NCBI GenBank assembly: GCA_040954595.2 | Contig: CM082594.2 | Location: forward strand, 11,040,276 to 11,104,275 | Source: Balanoglossus misakiensis | Taxonomy: Eukaryota > Animalia > Hemichordata | DNA: 64,000 nt | Reading direction: 5' to 3' | Shown here: in pieces, positions 25,001-40,000 of the stretch | Layout: each line of letters starts with the position of its first letter | How positions within the stretch are numbered: the first letter of the stretch is position 1 | Notes under the pieces: generated by a model | The model's database searches: none | What the model was told of the DNA's origin: nothing | The model's input: the letters and a program-made list of their open reading frames with translations, nothing else | Program-made: the position numbers and the translations under genes

Positions 25001-28000
25001 CTAGTCAACAACTGTCAGAACGGAGCACAGTGTGTGAACAACGCAGAAGCCAAGACGTATGAATGTGTCTGCGCACTTGGCTTTACAGGCCAATATTGCG
25101 AGGAAGGTTCGTCCATGTTATATGCAATCAGACATGAACCTTCTTTTGAATGATGGTTTTAACAGTTTGGGCGTCCTAATTAATAGTGTTTGCATCTTTT
25201 TGTATACATGCGAGTAACACATAAACATTCATGGGCACATATATACATGTAGTAAGACAAACAGATTACAAATGCGTTACTTTTGTTCTTCATGCAGAAA
25301 TCCCGGACACACAATATGATCATCTTTTACATTTCCCCTCAATTTCTCTCTTCAGCATTGTGTGCACTACCCCAAGCCCCAAGTAACGGCTCATTCAGCT
25401 GCATGTCACAAAATGGCGACTACGTTTGTCGCTTGCAGTGTGCGGAGGATTTTGACTTCTCGTCACCAGTGGCAGAAAGTTACTCTTGCGACGTTCAGAC
25501 CAAGACATGGATACCAGAGCTGCCGTCCGTCGAGTGTGTTGGTATGTTGCACGCCACCCTTTTTTTACGCAAGGAGACCTAACCTTATTTGACACTGTAT
25601 TACGCAGTTACCGATCGCGTCGATGTTTAACTTACAGGCAGATTCTTAGCCAAACAGATCATCAAAGGAGCAGGGAAATGTAAAGTTCCGAAGACTAAAC
25701 TCTTTTCTGTTGTATTCCCTTTCCAGTGAAAACGCCACCAACGGTTGGGGTATACGTGCCAATCGAGACACCAGAGTCGTTGCTAGTCGGACAAGGTAGG
25801 ATCTATTTAACATTTGATACATAATGCCCCAACTTTGCACATTGTCGCTAATTTTAAGGCAGTTGATTCCGGACATAATGGGGTTTGGTCAATAGACGTG
25901 AGTGGTCATCATGTAGGATAATGCAAATATTGATACATTTTCTTCTGTCGACAGCTGATGGTTACTGTCTGACCTGGGGTCAATCTCACTATCGCACCTT
26001 CGATGGCGTGGTGTACGATTTCCGCAGCGCGTGCAGTTTCCTATTGGCCGGCGACTGTGTTGGCAACAGCTTCCGCATCCATATTCACAACGACAGAGAC
26101 TGCGACAAGACGATCTCCTGTAGTCGCTCACTGACCATCTACATCGGCGAGATACAGATCGATCTCAAGCGAAGGGATGGCGGCGACTTTGCGGTCTATC
26201 GAGAGGAGACGGTGCTCTCTGTCCCCAACAGCGTGGACACTCTACAGATCGAGAAGATCTCTAAGTACCTCTATGTCCGCAGTGTGCTGGGCTTCTCATT
26301 GAAGTGGGATGGCATGGAGTCTGTCTCAGTTGCCGTGGACGCACAGATGCTTGGCAACACGTGCGGACTTTGCGGGAAGTACAACAACGACCCGAGTGAC
26401 GACTTCACAGACGCCAGCGGCAATCTGCTCGACAACATGCCCATTTTCGCGAACAGTTACCGAAGAGATGATCCAGACGGTAAGTTTTGATATTTTCTTA
26501 ATAAAACGCCCTCATACAACATACAAGCACCGTTGCACAGTTAGTATCACATGGAAGTAATTCTTTCACAGTGGTCCAAAATAAGTTTTACGACATGGAA
26601 TGGTAATAGCCATGACTTGTTGACTTCAAGCGTCCCCAGGGTGTTCTGCACTTTTTACGAGTCGAGTGATGAGAAACACGGGTGGCCTTCTCCGGACACA
26701 TGAACTCTAACTATCTAAATGTAACTGTTCATCACTCGCGCTTTGACCTCAAGTTCAAGTCCATGCGGCCTCACCTCAGAGATATCAAATCAGTCGGATT
26801 CTTTACTACGGGGGGAGTAACGTTCAACCGTAACAAACCCTGAAGTAATCGAGGTTGTAAGAATTCTCTGCACTGTAACAAATTCCACATGCGCAGGCGA
26901 TCATTTTTTATCAGACGAGAAAAAGTGAACACTTCCTTGTCCACTCCCTGAAGCGCGCCGAGCAACCACCGGCGATGGCCAATAAAGAATCAGTTGTCAG
27001 CATGTCTGGTCTGAATAAACAATGACCCCAGATATTATTTCTGAGGTCAAACAGGCTGCCAATAAACTTGCCACCATTTCTCTTTCGACATCCGTTTCAG
27101 TCAGCTAAATGGTTGCCACGACCACCCACCCTCCCCTTATTATTGTGATTTATTGCATAAATTTGACCGGAGAGGTTTACTCTCGGTGAAGGTTTTACGG
27201 CCTTCGTGTTTAAAACAAAAACGGAGAACCTATCATCTTCACTTAAAGTAGTTCTTTTTATCACTTTTCATGTTCTGTGAAACTGGGTGGTATATAGAAG
27301 TAAATTCCCAGGTTCTTGAACGAAATTAATTGCGTTCTATTTTTTCTTCATTGACAATGTTATAGTGGAGTGTCCAGTGAGTAGCCAACAAACTTACTGC
27401 AGCCTTTTCCGAGAAAATGAAGAGTACGCCCTCTTTGTCTGTGAAGATCTCAGGGGAGACACTTTCTCTGCATGTCACGACGTAAGTTTTTTCTTCACTC
27501 TAATGATATCAGAAATCTGCCTGCTTTTAAATGTTACCACAGGGGTGAAATGACACCATCTTTGCATCGTTTACTTTTCTATGTAAATTCTCACCACCTA
27601 TTGTCATCTGTATTTTGCACTGTGTGCTTAATTTTACTATGTACCCTGTCCAAATCTTATGCTCAGGTTCTCGATCATCAACCATTCTACCAAGCCTGTC
27701 TTGAAGACGTGTGTATGTGCAATGCAACACTCGAAGACTGTGAATGCAACAGTATGGCAGCGTATGCCAGGGAATGTATTCGTTATGGCGTCACAGACTT
27801 GGAGTGGCGGACTGCTGATCGGTGTCGTAAGTTCCTCTTAACAATTTCAATTTCCGCCAAAAATCAACTTGTCGTCATCGTTAAAAAAAATTATAAAAAA
27901 GATAATTAAAACCTGTAGGCAATACACTCAAAATAGGCCAAAACAGATTTACGCGAGTCGATGGCGCGAACAGCCACTGTACCTTTCCTTCATGCTGGCC

Positions 28001-31000
28001 AACAGTGTGCACGGGGAAAGACGTTCTTCGTCAGTGTCCGTGCTCACGCCCTCAAGTGGCCACAAGTGACTTGAAGAATGGCGTAAACGGTTACTGTAGT
28101 CGGAAGGTATAGTATCGGAGATGGCACTGACATTAAACGTGACACTCTTTGAGAAAACTTTGAACGACAGCTGTGGATCACGAACTTGATTTGGCACCGA
28201 GAGGTCAACATGTCACGACCGCGACCTCTTTCCGGATGAATTAAATCTAAACAACTTTTTGGTACACGACTATTTATTACATTTAGGGAGATCAACTTAA
28301 CCATCTGTTTGCATACAATCCTGGAGCTGTTTGTCAGGACCGACCAGTCAGCGTTGCACTGACAGGATTGATGAATCGTTGACAAGAGCTCGTCCACGTT
28401 TATGGACACGGTCTGGATTATAGCCCACGCTGTTTGGTTTATGAAACCTAAACAGTCCCCTTATAACAAAATATAGGATTCCATGTGAGTGTAATAAATG
28501 ACATGGCGTTGACCGCGTCTAATAAACAATACCTCCGGTCAACATTACCCACATAATAATTATATTTAACCAAGTCCAATATGCGATCTTCCCATAAAGA
28601 TATGTTGAGCAAATCCAGGAAAGAAAATAACATGTCATTGCTAAAATCTTTAACGTGTTTATATTTCAGCTGTTCAATGCAACAACGGTATGATTTACAA
28701 AGAGTGCGGTGACATCTGCCCCATGACGTGCAAACGGACAGTCTATCAATGTGTGGATGACCAGTGTGTTGATGGGTGTCAGTGTCCACAGGACAAGTTG
28801 CTTCACAACGGCGCATGCGTGCCCATTGACCAGTGCCCCTGTCAGTACAACGGCCAAGAATATAACCCCGGCTCCAATATACCAGCCATCGATAGCTGCA
28901 ACACCTGGTACGTATTGCATTGATTAATTGAATACCGCATTATCTATCACTGTTGTATTCTTACCTGGGTAAGTGATAAAAAACTCACAAGTAGTATATG
29001 TCTATATGTTGGGAATACAAAACAAAATAGTCATCTTTCTTTATAAAAATATGTCGTGAATTTCCCTGCACTGACTTCGTAGTTCATTTTCATGACTGTA
29101 TACATCTCGTGTCTCCCTTCTGAATAGCACTTGCCAAGGAGGTGCGTGGGTCTGCACAGAGAACCAGTGTGGCGGTGAGTATCATAGTGAAATCTTCACA
29201 AATCATATATGTAGACTTTTTTGCCTGGTGTTGACACCAGTGCAAGTCTTCTCAAAAATTTAATCAACTTTGGTGCTTCATTTTTCTAGCGACTTGCTGG
29301 ACCAGCGGTAACCTCCATTACCGGACCTTCGATGGGCGCCATTACGATTTCACAGGAGATTGCGCCTACGTCTTCATGTCCAACTGTGATGGAACTGTGC
29401 ACAACTTCAGCATTGGCATTGACAATTCCCACTGTGTCAGGCAATTTACGGACAGCCCTTCAATTTGCGATAGGTAAGTGTCTGGATATTTGGATATCTG
29501 TTTGGAATTGAATTGGTCCCACAACCTATATTGTCAAGAAGCTAGCAGCACTAAAGAACAGTCACATCGCCATTGGTCAACTTCTGTAATTGCTCGTGTG
29601 CAACAGCCAGCTTTAGCACACAGTGCGCTAAACTGCCCCAACCTTCAATTTCATTATCGCGAGAAGTCTATGGAAAGTTAACTCGCATCCGTGACAGAGG
29701 ATAACGTTAAATGCTATGCAAAGATGCTGTTAAACTTTTGCCTTTACTTTGCTTACACATTACACTTTTGCTTAGGTCGGTGATAATTTCAGTGGGGTTG
29801 ACCCACGTTTGGTTGAAGAAAGGCCACCAGGTTATAGTTGATGGGCACGACATCAATAGAGAGGATTTACCTCATGCTGCTCCTGGGGTTTTCATCGAAC
29901 AAGTGTCGGAACAGTTCCAGCAGGTTAGTACAGCTTTTCCCGCCAATAAAAATCAACAATAACTTGTTCATGTTTAGACACAGTGATTTCACAAATGACT
30001 TGCCATACATTTACAGACTTTCATGCCCATCTGATGGAAGTCATACAAAACAACTGTTCTTGCGATTATTTTTGTCTTGACAGGTATCCTTGGACAATGG
30101 AGTGACATTATTATGGGATGGATACACTAAAATCTACGCACACGTAACCAGTTCCCTTTTTGATCACACGTGTGGTCTCTGTGGCACGTTCGACAACAAC
30201 CAACAGGTAATGAGCTACATTAAAACTGTTCTTGTTTAACTTTTTTTCCTTTTCATGGATGATATATAGGATGTAAGCTATATTCAAAAGGACCAAATCT
30301 TAGAAAATCTACATTTTTTTTTGGCCAGAACGACTTCTGGACCTTAGCACACGACATCGAGAAAATGCCTCGTGCATTTGGCGCCAAGTGGAGGATGGAA
30401 GGCAGCTGCAGAGACAGACTGACGGAACGACTGACCAATCCGTGCGAAGTCTTCACACAGCGGAGACACCAGGCTGCAGATTTCTGTCAGAAGCTTCGAG
30501 AAGCGCCCTTCAGCGGTAAGATGACCTCTTGATAAAAGTGGTAGGGAAGCTAGATGCTCCACTGCTGCACACTTATAGAGACACATGTCACATGAAGTTT
30601 GAACTTTCATTCTGGTTTTCAAGGTCATCTTCACGTTAATTAAACAAATGTCCCCATGTTTGAAATTCATTTCAGACTGCCACAGTCACGTGGATGTCAA
30701 CGACTTCTACCCCACGTGCATGGACGATTTGTGTTCGACCGGTGAACAAGCGGAAAGAAGCTTTTGTGAGGTGGCAGCTTTGTATGCCATGGAGTGTGCC
30801 AACAAGGGACATGTATTACTGTGGAGGGATGCAGTTCCCGAATGCAGTAAGTGGGATTTCCGACTTATAACAGTGGAGGTGTGTGATAGTATACATGTAT
30901 GTAAAAATGTACGAATGCTTTTTTTTCTCATTATTTTATAATATCTCAATAAAATCAAAAGGTATCGCACACTTTTATTGATAAATTTCTACTATTTTTT

Positions 31001-34000
31001 TGAACCTTAGGAGTGACCTGTACAGGTGACAAGGTTTATCAAGAATGTGGCTCGGCCTGCGAAACATCTTGTGCAGGGCTGGCTGCTGCTCGCACTTGTC
31101 AGGAACGATGTATCCCAGGATGCAGTTGTCCTACTGGAATGGTGGAGGACTACTATGGCAAATGTATCGCCGTTGATGATTGTCCATGTCTGTACAATGA
31201 TAGAGTGTACCTACCAGGGGCAACCTTGCAGCGAGCGTGTAAGTCTTGGTAAGTGACAATGGTCAATTGCTCCAGTTAACTTTTCTCATTTCTATACGTT
31301 GTTTACTATGAAGTCATAGTAGTGTTGCGGTCATATTTATCTGTCGTCGTGTATCACATGATGACAACAGGAAAAGCCAATTTGGTGGTCAACGATTTTT
31401 GTCTGGTTTCCCCTGCAGTATCTGCCAGAGAGGAATAGTGGAGTGCCCGGACAAAGAATGTGATCCCATCGACTGTGGCGAGAATATGGAGAACGTGTTG
31501 TGCAAAAACACATGCCCACAGACCTGCGTCAACATGCACACGCCACCGAGCTGTGCTTCTGGTCCATGTGAGGCTGGTTGCCAGTGCATAGAGGGATATG
31601 TATGGGATGGTACGAAAAACTTTACATGCTCATTTGCTGAATCTCTTGTTGCTTTTAATACCTTAAAAAAACACAGGGAGAAGTAAAAGTTTTGTAATAG
31701 TTGATGACTTCAGAAAACAATCTATGTATCAACTAACCAGCTAACCAAAACAAGCAAACAAACAAAGTCTCATAATCATTTCTATGCTGATAACAACCCA
31801 TGGTCTATTTTTTCCGTGCAGGAGACAAGTGCGTTCTTCCAGGAAGCTGTCCGTGTCACCATGGCGGCAAGAGCTACTCCAGTGGAGAGAAAATTAATAT
31901 CGACTGCAATGTCTGGTAGGCATTGTCACCATTGTACCATCTGAATCCTAACCATTATGTCGTCACGTTTGTTGTTGGCATGTTGTTGTAATTTGTAGTT
32001 TATGCTTTGGTGATAATGCATATTTTGTGGACTGGAATATCATGATTTTTTTCAATGTCTCCATTCCAGTATTTGTAATGGCAGAACATGGGACTGTGGG
32101 TCAGACCCTTGCCCTGGCCTTTGCACGGCGTGGGGCGAATCACATCACAAGACATTCGACGGGAAGGAGTTTGACTTCTTCGGGGAGTGCGTGTATATTT
32201 TGTCGCGCAGCACCGCAGACAACCCGCATCTGCAGTTCACGATCACCACTGAGAATATCATCTGCAGCCACGCCTCCAACGTGACATGCGCAAAGGGTAT
32301 CACCTTCTCAGTGGGAACCGGAAGCAGGAGGGAGACAATTAAGCTGGAAAGGTACAATCCTGTCCACGTGCCACCTGGATCGCCGTTCGAAGTTTGGAAA
32401 GCCGGTCTCTATGTCTTCGTCAGAGCGAAGGAAGGGATCACTATCAAATGGGACAAAGGAACAAGAGTGTATGTGAAAGTGGAGCCAAAACACATGGGAA
32501 TGGTAAGTCTCTATAGCTTCAGTTGGTCGATGGTGGTGGTGCTCCAAGAAAATGCCGGCAACAATACTGGTTCAAGAGATTCTTTTCCGAGACTTTTCTA
32601 CAAAATGGCACCCTTATTGTGAGAGTATGCTAGAAAACTAGACCAGAACGCTCACTCTTATCATTTGTATTCTCATCATTCTTTAACTGTCGACGTAGAC
32701 CTGTGAACAACAATGGGTCGTACTGCAAAGTGATGTCCTTGTTTATGTACGGACAGGTTGAGGGACTGTGTGGCAACTTCAACGGGAACCAGCTGGACGA
32801 CTTCAGACAACCGAGCGGCGGCCCGCCGGCTGTCACGGCGGTGGACTTCAGCGAGAGTTGGAAGAGGCACCAGTACTGCGAGCAAACGCACAACACCGAT
32901 GACGCTTGCTTCTTCGCCCCTCACCGCGGAGCCTGGGCTCGCAGACAGTGCAGTGTCATCAAGTCTGATGTCTTCGCTTCCTGTCACGGTGAAGTGCCTT
33001 GCGGGGACTACTTTGACAGATGCGTCTTTGATGCGTGTGCGTGTGACACGGGCGGAGACTGTGAATGTCTATGCACGGCCATAGCGGCCTATGCCCAGGA
33101 ATGCAGTCTGAACGGCATCCATATACGATGGCGACACCAGGAACTATGTCGTAAGTACATGTCCTAAAAGACTTTGAATTTATTATAGGCACCAATAACG
33201 AGTCTAGTAAGTGAACCCAATATCTCTTCGACAACTTCGTTTCCTCTCTGAGAGACTCTAAAGTTTCATTTTCTGTTTTCAGCCATGCAGTGCGATGGTT
33301 GTGGAAACTACGAACCGTGCACACCTGCATGCCCGCGCACCTGTGAAAACTTCTACCGCTACAACGAGGTCCAGCAGCGGTGTGATGAGCCCTGCGTGGA
33401 AGGATGCCAATGTCCAGATGATGAAGTGTACGATCCAGAAACCAACAGCTGCGTCCCACAGTCATCCTGTTATTGCATCAAGATAAACGAAGTGAAGTAC
33501 TATGATGGACAGCTGATTCCCACATGTTCAGATGCATGTCGCACATGGTAAGTAAAACAGGCACCATTTCTCTCGGAAAAGTGTATATTTACTTACGTTT
33601 AAAGGTATACGCTCATTTATGCAAATTTAGCCGCAGTTACCATGACAAGTTGAGATTTGGCCAATAACATAGAGACGGACACGGTTTGAAAAATTGGAAA
33701 CCACTCTGCATTCTATAAATGAAGTAACACATTTTGTTCTCAGCTACTGTTACAACCATACTCTTCACTGGTTTGGGCAACCATGCACAACGGCGTTTCC
33801 ATCAACCGCTGTGTTCACAACTTTTCCCGGTACAACTCTTGGGGTAACAACAATGGTGGTACCAACAACTCTGCCGGCGACAACTGCAGAAATAACGAGT
33901 ATTGCAGCGACTACATCGCCCCTGTCGACCATCGCGACAACTGCGACCCCACCAATTGAATTGACTAGCAAAGTACGAACAACTGAAATTCCCACTACTG

Positions 34001-37000
34001 AAGTTGTAACAACCCAGGCGCGAACCACGGTGCCTTTGACTACAGCCGCAGTGACCACAGAACCGGAAACAACTGCAGCAGCGACAACAACACCACCCTT
34101 GAAATCCACTGAGAGGCCAACCACAGAGTTAACAACTAAGCCATTCTCAACAGCCAGTGTGAAGACATCACCGGCTGTGACGTTGGAGGAGTTGCTCTCC
34201 ACAACACCAACACCAGAAATTGAAACCACCCATGAAGTATCAACCCGCCGGCCAACAACCGTGGAGACCACGCAAACCGCCACACAAGCAAAAACCACGC
34301 AACCAGTGGAAGTAACAGAGGAATTCAAAGCTTCCACGGTTGAAGAAACTGAGGTGGTCACAATAACACTAGAACCTGAAACAACAGAAGCAATAGCAAG
34401 TTCTCTGGCTACTGAAATGTCAACGACGAAGGCTCCTGAAGTTACCTCTGTCGCAGCAACAACAAGACCAGCAGTTCCACTAACTCAGTACCCACCAATT
34501 TGCATAGAAACTGGGTGGAGCGAGTGGATGAACACCTCTGCACCAACCTCTAATGAATTGGATGGTGAATTTGAGGTTCTGCCCAGATTGCGAATGTTTT
34601 ACCAGTTTTGTAAAAGCCCAACTGAGGTTGAATGCCGAGATAGCCTCTCAAAAAAGCCTCCTGCTGATGTTGGACAACATGTGGTTTGTCTGCCATTTAT
34701 TGGATTAAGATGTTTAAACTTGCATCAACCCCAGAAGATGTGTCTTGACTATGAAGTGAGAGTTTATTGTGAATGCGGTAAGTTTGAATGTGGACAGTAG
34801 CTGATTGTTAACAGGGCATATCAAACGGAAGCTAAAATTATGGCATTGGTTTGGTTGGTTTTACTTCTCTTTACAGACCTTGTTTTGTTACAATGGATTA
34901 CTATTTTTAATGTCTCATACTTTGGCAAGCACACAGTGTGTCAAAAATACACATTTTAGAAGATTAATTAACTATTTTCAAATGGTATAGCTAGACAAAA
35001 ATGCCCAAATACCTACGAAAATAATATCAAAATCAAATATATGAAGCAATACCTTATAATTGGTAGAGTTTAAAATATTTGTTACAAAATGTGTTCATGC
35101 ATTCAACAGAGAGAACAACTGTTGCCACTACAAAGCTCGTAACTCCGACAGCCCCTGAAACAACGGAAGAACCCCGCACAACAGAAGTAATATCGACAAT
35201 GAAAGCAACTCCAACGGAACCCAAAGTCACAACTGAGGAAGTTGTCTTTTCAACAGAAGCTACTGCTTCTGCCATTGTAACAGCAACAACGCCTGAAGTA
35301 TTGACCAAGCTAGTTACTGCAACAACCCCAGAGATTGTGACTGAATTTGTGACATCAGTTTCAACTCCAGAGGCTGTGACTGAAATCATAACAACGGCAG
35401 CTAAAACAACACCTGCAATCGTGACAACCATTGTGGGTTTGACATCAGCTTTAACAAAGACCAAGGCACCCGAAATAATGTCCACTTTGGCAAAAACTAC
35501 CACTCCTGCAGCTGTTACTGAGTTCTTGACAACCATTGCAGAAACCAGCCCAGAAATTGTAACTCAAACTGTAGTTGCTACAAGCGAAGTCACACCCACT
35601 CTGGCAACGGAAATAATCACTATGACAGCAACACCGTCTCCCGAGATTCTGACAGAAATAGTGAGCACTGTGGTCACTCCAGAAGCACTAACTACTCTGG
35701 TAGCAGAAACAACCAGAATAACACCAGAAGCTCTTACGACTATAATAGCGGCAACAACAGAGGTAGCACCGGTCACACATATTACCACTTTTCCCATTCA
35801 ACCAACCTCTCCAGTATTGACAGAAGTTCTTTCAACTATAGCAAAGACAAGTCCAGAAGTCTTCACTGAAGTTGTAACGGAGACTGCCAAAACAACTCCC
35901 GAACTCCTGAAAACAATCATAACTGAAACCGTAGCTGTTGCTACCACAAAACCTTTAACGGAATATGTGACAGCTGTGAGTGCATCGACTCCAGAAGTTG
36001 TGTCTGAGATCCTGACCACTGTTGCAGCAATCTCACCCACAATATTTTCAAAGACTTTAGCGACAGTTGCCGTTACATTTCCTGAATTGACAACACAACT
36101 GATTAATGTAACATCAAGAGCAACTGCCACAGCGACACAAGAAATCATTTCCGTTTCATCAGAGGCTCCCGAGGTGTTGACTACATTTGTTACAGCTGCT
36201 ACAGTAGCCACACCTGAGTTAATTACCGAATTTTTCGAAGTAACAACAGAAGGTATTACAGAAAGGATTACTGCAATTACCTCTGAACTAATTAAAAGTA
36301 GTCCAGAAATATTGACTTCTGTTGTCACTGAAGCTGTGAAGACAACACCATCTATATTGACAGAAATAGTGACTGCCACCACTAAGGCAAAGACAGAATT
36401 CACTACTGAATTCCTTGAAACAGTAGTAACAAGTGCACCACCAGAAGTTACAACTGAAATCCTAATTGCAGCAACAACGGTAGTTCCCACAGTTTTAACA
36501 GAGCTTCTGAGAACAACAGCAGAAACTCTTCCTGAAGTTATAACAGAAATAACCAAAGTAACAACGGCAGCTCCTTTTGTAACAACAGAGACACCGACCC
36601 CAGAGAAACTGACAGAACTTATTACTTCTGCACCAATAAGTGTTCTTACTGAAATTGTGGAGACAACTAAAGAAGCAATAACGAGCGAAAGAGTGACAGA
36701 ACTAATCCGTTCAACAGCAGAAACAGCAACACCAGAAGAAGTATCCAGACTAGTTAGTGCAACAGCTGAAATAGTAACTACTACGCCTGAAATACTCACT
36801 CCCATAGTGACATTTGTGACAACGGCTGCCACCCCTGAAGTTGTGACTGAAATTCTTGAAAAGACCACATTGGCCACAGTACCATCTACACTTGTTACAG
36901 AAGTCCTCAAAACGATTATAAGCACTGCTGCCCCAGCTACAACCAGAGAGATTATTGAAACCATAACAAGAGGCACAACACCAGAGGTTACTAGCAGAAT

Positions 37001-40000
37001 TGTGGAAATCACTTCAAGAGCTGTTACACCTGAAGTACTGACTAGTGTTATTTCTGAAATTGCAACTACACCGGAAATCACCTCGAAAATTGTAGAGACA
37101 GCTACAACTGGCATTTCCCCAGAAGTCACTTCAGAAATAATTGCAGCTACTACTGAAGTTGTCACACCTGAAACTGTGTCAGAAATCATTTCTGTCATTG
37201 CAAGCACAGCACTGCCTGAAGTTACCACAAGGATTATTGAAATAACATCAGAGAAAGTTACGCCTGAAGTTGTATCAACAGTGGTACCTTCTACACTAGA
37301 AGTTATATCAACTGAGAAAATCACTGAATTGATATCCACATTGGCACCGACAACATCAGAAATTGTTTCCACAGTAATAAAAACAATAACAGAAGCTGCA
37401 ACACCAGAGCTAATCAGCACAGTGTCTGCTGTTGTGACTGCAACTATTCCACCAGAATTGATTACAACTGCAATTACCCGTGCGGCCACTACACCTGAGA
37501 TCACCAGGGAAATTGTCAGGACTGTGACTGAAATCCTGCCCACAGCAACAGTTAGTGAATTTGTGACAAGAGCTACGAGAGAGGCAACAACAGAGTTACT
37601 GACCGAAATTATCACTGCAACATCCAAGACTGCCACTCCAGAAATAATTACCTCTGCACTGATAAGCCAACCAGTTACATCAGCGGCAACTACCGAGTTC
37701 ATCAAAACAACCGTTGAGGCTGCAACATCAGCAGAGTTATCGACAATAGTGGAGACAGCAACACAGGCTATTTCAACAGAAATGCTTTCAACTGTACTCA
37801 AGAGTACAGTTGAATTGTCAACCAAAGAAGAAGTGACTGAAATTGTTTCTGCCACTAGCAAGTTAGCAACTACTGCAGCAGTTACTAGATTTGTTGAGTC
37901 TACTGCAAGCACAGCTACCCCATCTCTTCTAACGGAAATTGCAACAGAAATTGCAACTCCCATTTCAACAGAGATTGTAACAGAAGAGCCAGAAGTCACA
38001 ACAGAATTGATGACTACAGAGGCCGGACTTGTGGAGGTTACTGGTACACAAGTGGTTGTAACCAGACCACCCAAACCTACAAAGCCAACTAAGCCTAAAC
38101 CCAAAGTCACAACTGAAGAAGTTGTCTTTTCAACAGAAGCTACTGCTTCTGCCATTGTAACAGCAACAACGCCTGAAGTATTGACCAAGCTAGTTACTGC
38201 AACAACCCCAGAGATTGTGACTGAATTTGTGACATCAGTTTCAACTCCAGAGGCTGTGACTGAAATCATAACAACGGCAGCTAAAGCAACACCTGCAATC
38301 GTGACAACCATTGTGGGTTTGACATCAGCTTTAACAAAGACCAAGGCACCCGAAATAATGTCCACTTTGGCAAAAACTACCACTCCTGCAGCTGTTACTG
38401 AGTTCTTGACAACCATTGCAGAAACCAGCCCAGAAATTGTAACTAAAACTGTAGTTGCTACAAGCGAAGTCACACCCACTCTGGCAACGGAAATAATCAC
38501 TATGACAGCAACACCGTCTCCCGAGATTCTGACAGAAATAGTAAGCACTGTGGTCACTCCAGAGGCACTAACTACTCTGGTAGCAGAAACAACCAGAATA
38601 ACACCAGAAGCTCTTACGACTATAATAGCAGCAACAACAGAGGTAGCACCGGTCACACATATTACCACTTTTCCCATTCAACCAACCTCTCCAGTATTGA
38701 CAGAAGTTCTTTCAACTATAGCAAAGACAAGTCCAGAAGTCTTCACTGAAGTTGTAACGGAGACTGCCAAAACAACTCCCGAACTCCTGAAAACAATCAT
38801 AACTGAAACCGTAGCTGTTGCTACCACAAAACCTTTAACGGAATATGTGACAGCTGTGAGTGCATCGACTCCAGAAGTTGTGTCTGAGATCCTGACCACT
38901 GTTGCAGCAATCTCACCAACAATATTTCCGAAGACTTTAGCAACAGTTGCAATAACAACTCCTGAATTGACCACAGAAATAGTCAAAATAACTTCTAGAG
39001 CAACTGCCACAGTGACACAAGAAATCATTTCCGTTTCATCAGAGGCTCCCGAGGTGTTGACTACTTTTGTTACAGCTGCTACAGTAGCCACACCTGAGTT
39101 AATTACCGAATTTTTCGAAGTAACAACAGAAGGTATTACAGAAAGGATTACTGCAATTACCTCTGAACTAATTAAAAGTAGTCCAGAAATATTGACTTCT
39201 GTTGTCACTGAAGCTGTGAAGACAACACCATCTATATTGACAGAAATAGTGACTGCCACCACTAAGGCAAAGACAGAATTCACTACTGAATTCCTTGAAA
39301 CAGTAGTAACAAGTGCACCACCAGAAGTTACAACTGAAATCCTAATTGCAGCAACAACGGTAGTTCCCACAGTTTTAACAGAGCTTCTGAGAACAACAGC
39401 AGAAACTCTTCCTGAAGTTATAACAGAAATCACCAAAGTAACAACGGCAGCTCCTTTTGTAACAACAGAGACACCGACCCCAGAGAAACTGACAGAACTT
39501 ATTACTTCTGCACCAATAAGTGTTCTTACTGAAATTGTGGAGACAACTAAAGAAGCAATAACGAGCGAAAGAGTGACAGAACTAATCCGTTCAACAGCAG
39601 AAACAGCAACACCAGAAGAAGTATCCAGACTAGTTAGTGCAACAGCTGAAATAGTAACTACTACGCCTGAAATACTCACTCCCATAGTGACATTTGTGAC
39701 AACGGCTGCCACCCCTGAAGTTGTGACTGAAATTCTTGAAAAGACCACATTGGCCACAGTACCATCTACACTTGTTACAGAAGTCCTCAAAACGATTATA
39801 AGCACTGCTGCCCCAGCTACAACCAGAGAGATTATTGAAACCATAACAAGAGGCACAACACCAGAGGTTACTAGCAGAATTGTGGAAATCACTTCAAGAG
39901 CTGTTACACCTGAAGTACTGACTAGTGTTATTTCTGAAATTGCAACTACACCGGAAATCACCTCGAAAATTGTAGAGACAGCTACAACTGGCATTTCCCC

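Noticed and set aside
27946-28420. GC-richer stretch with short ORFs in mucin intron 12
   Set aside because: No recognisable domain, stops in the frames examined, and the flanking exons join in phase without it.
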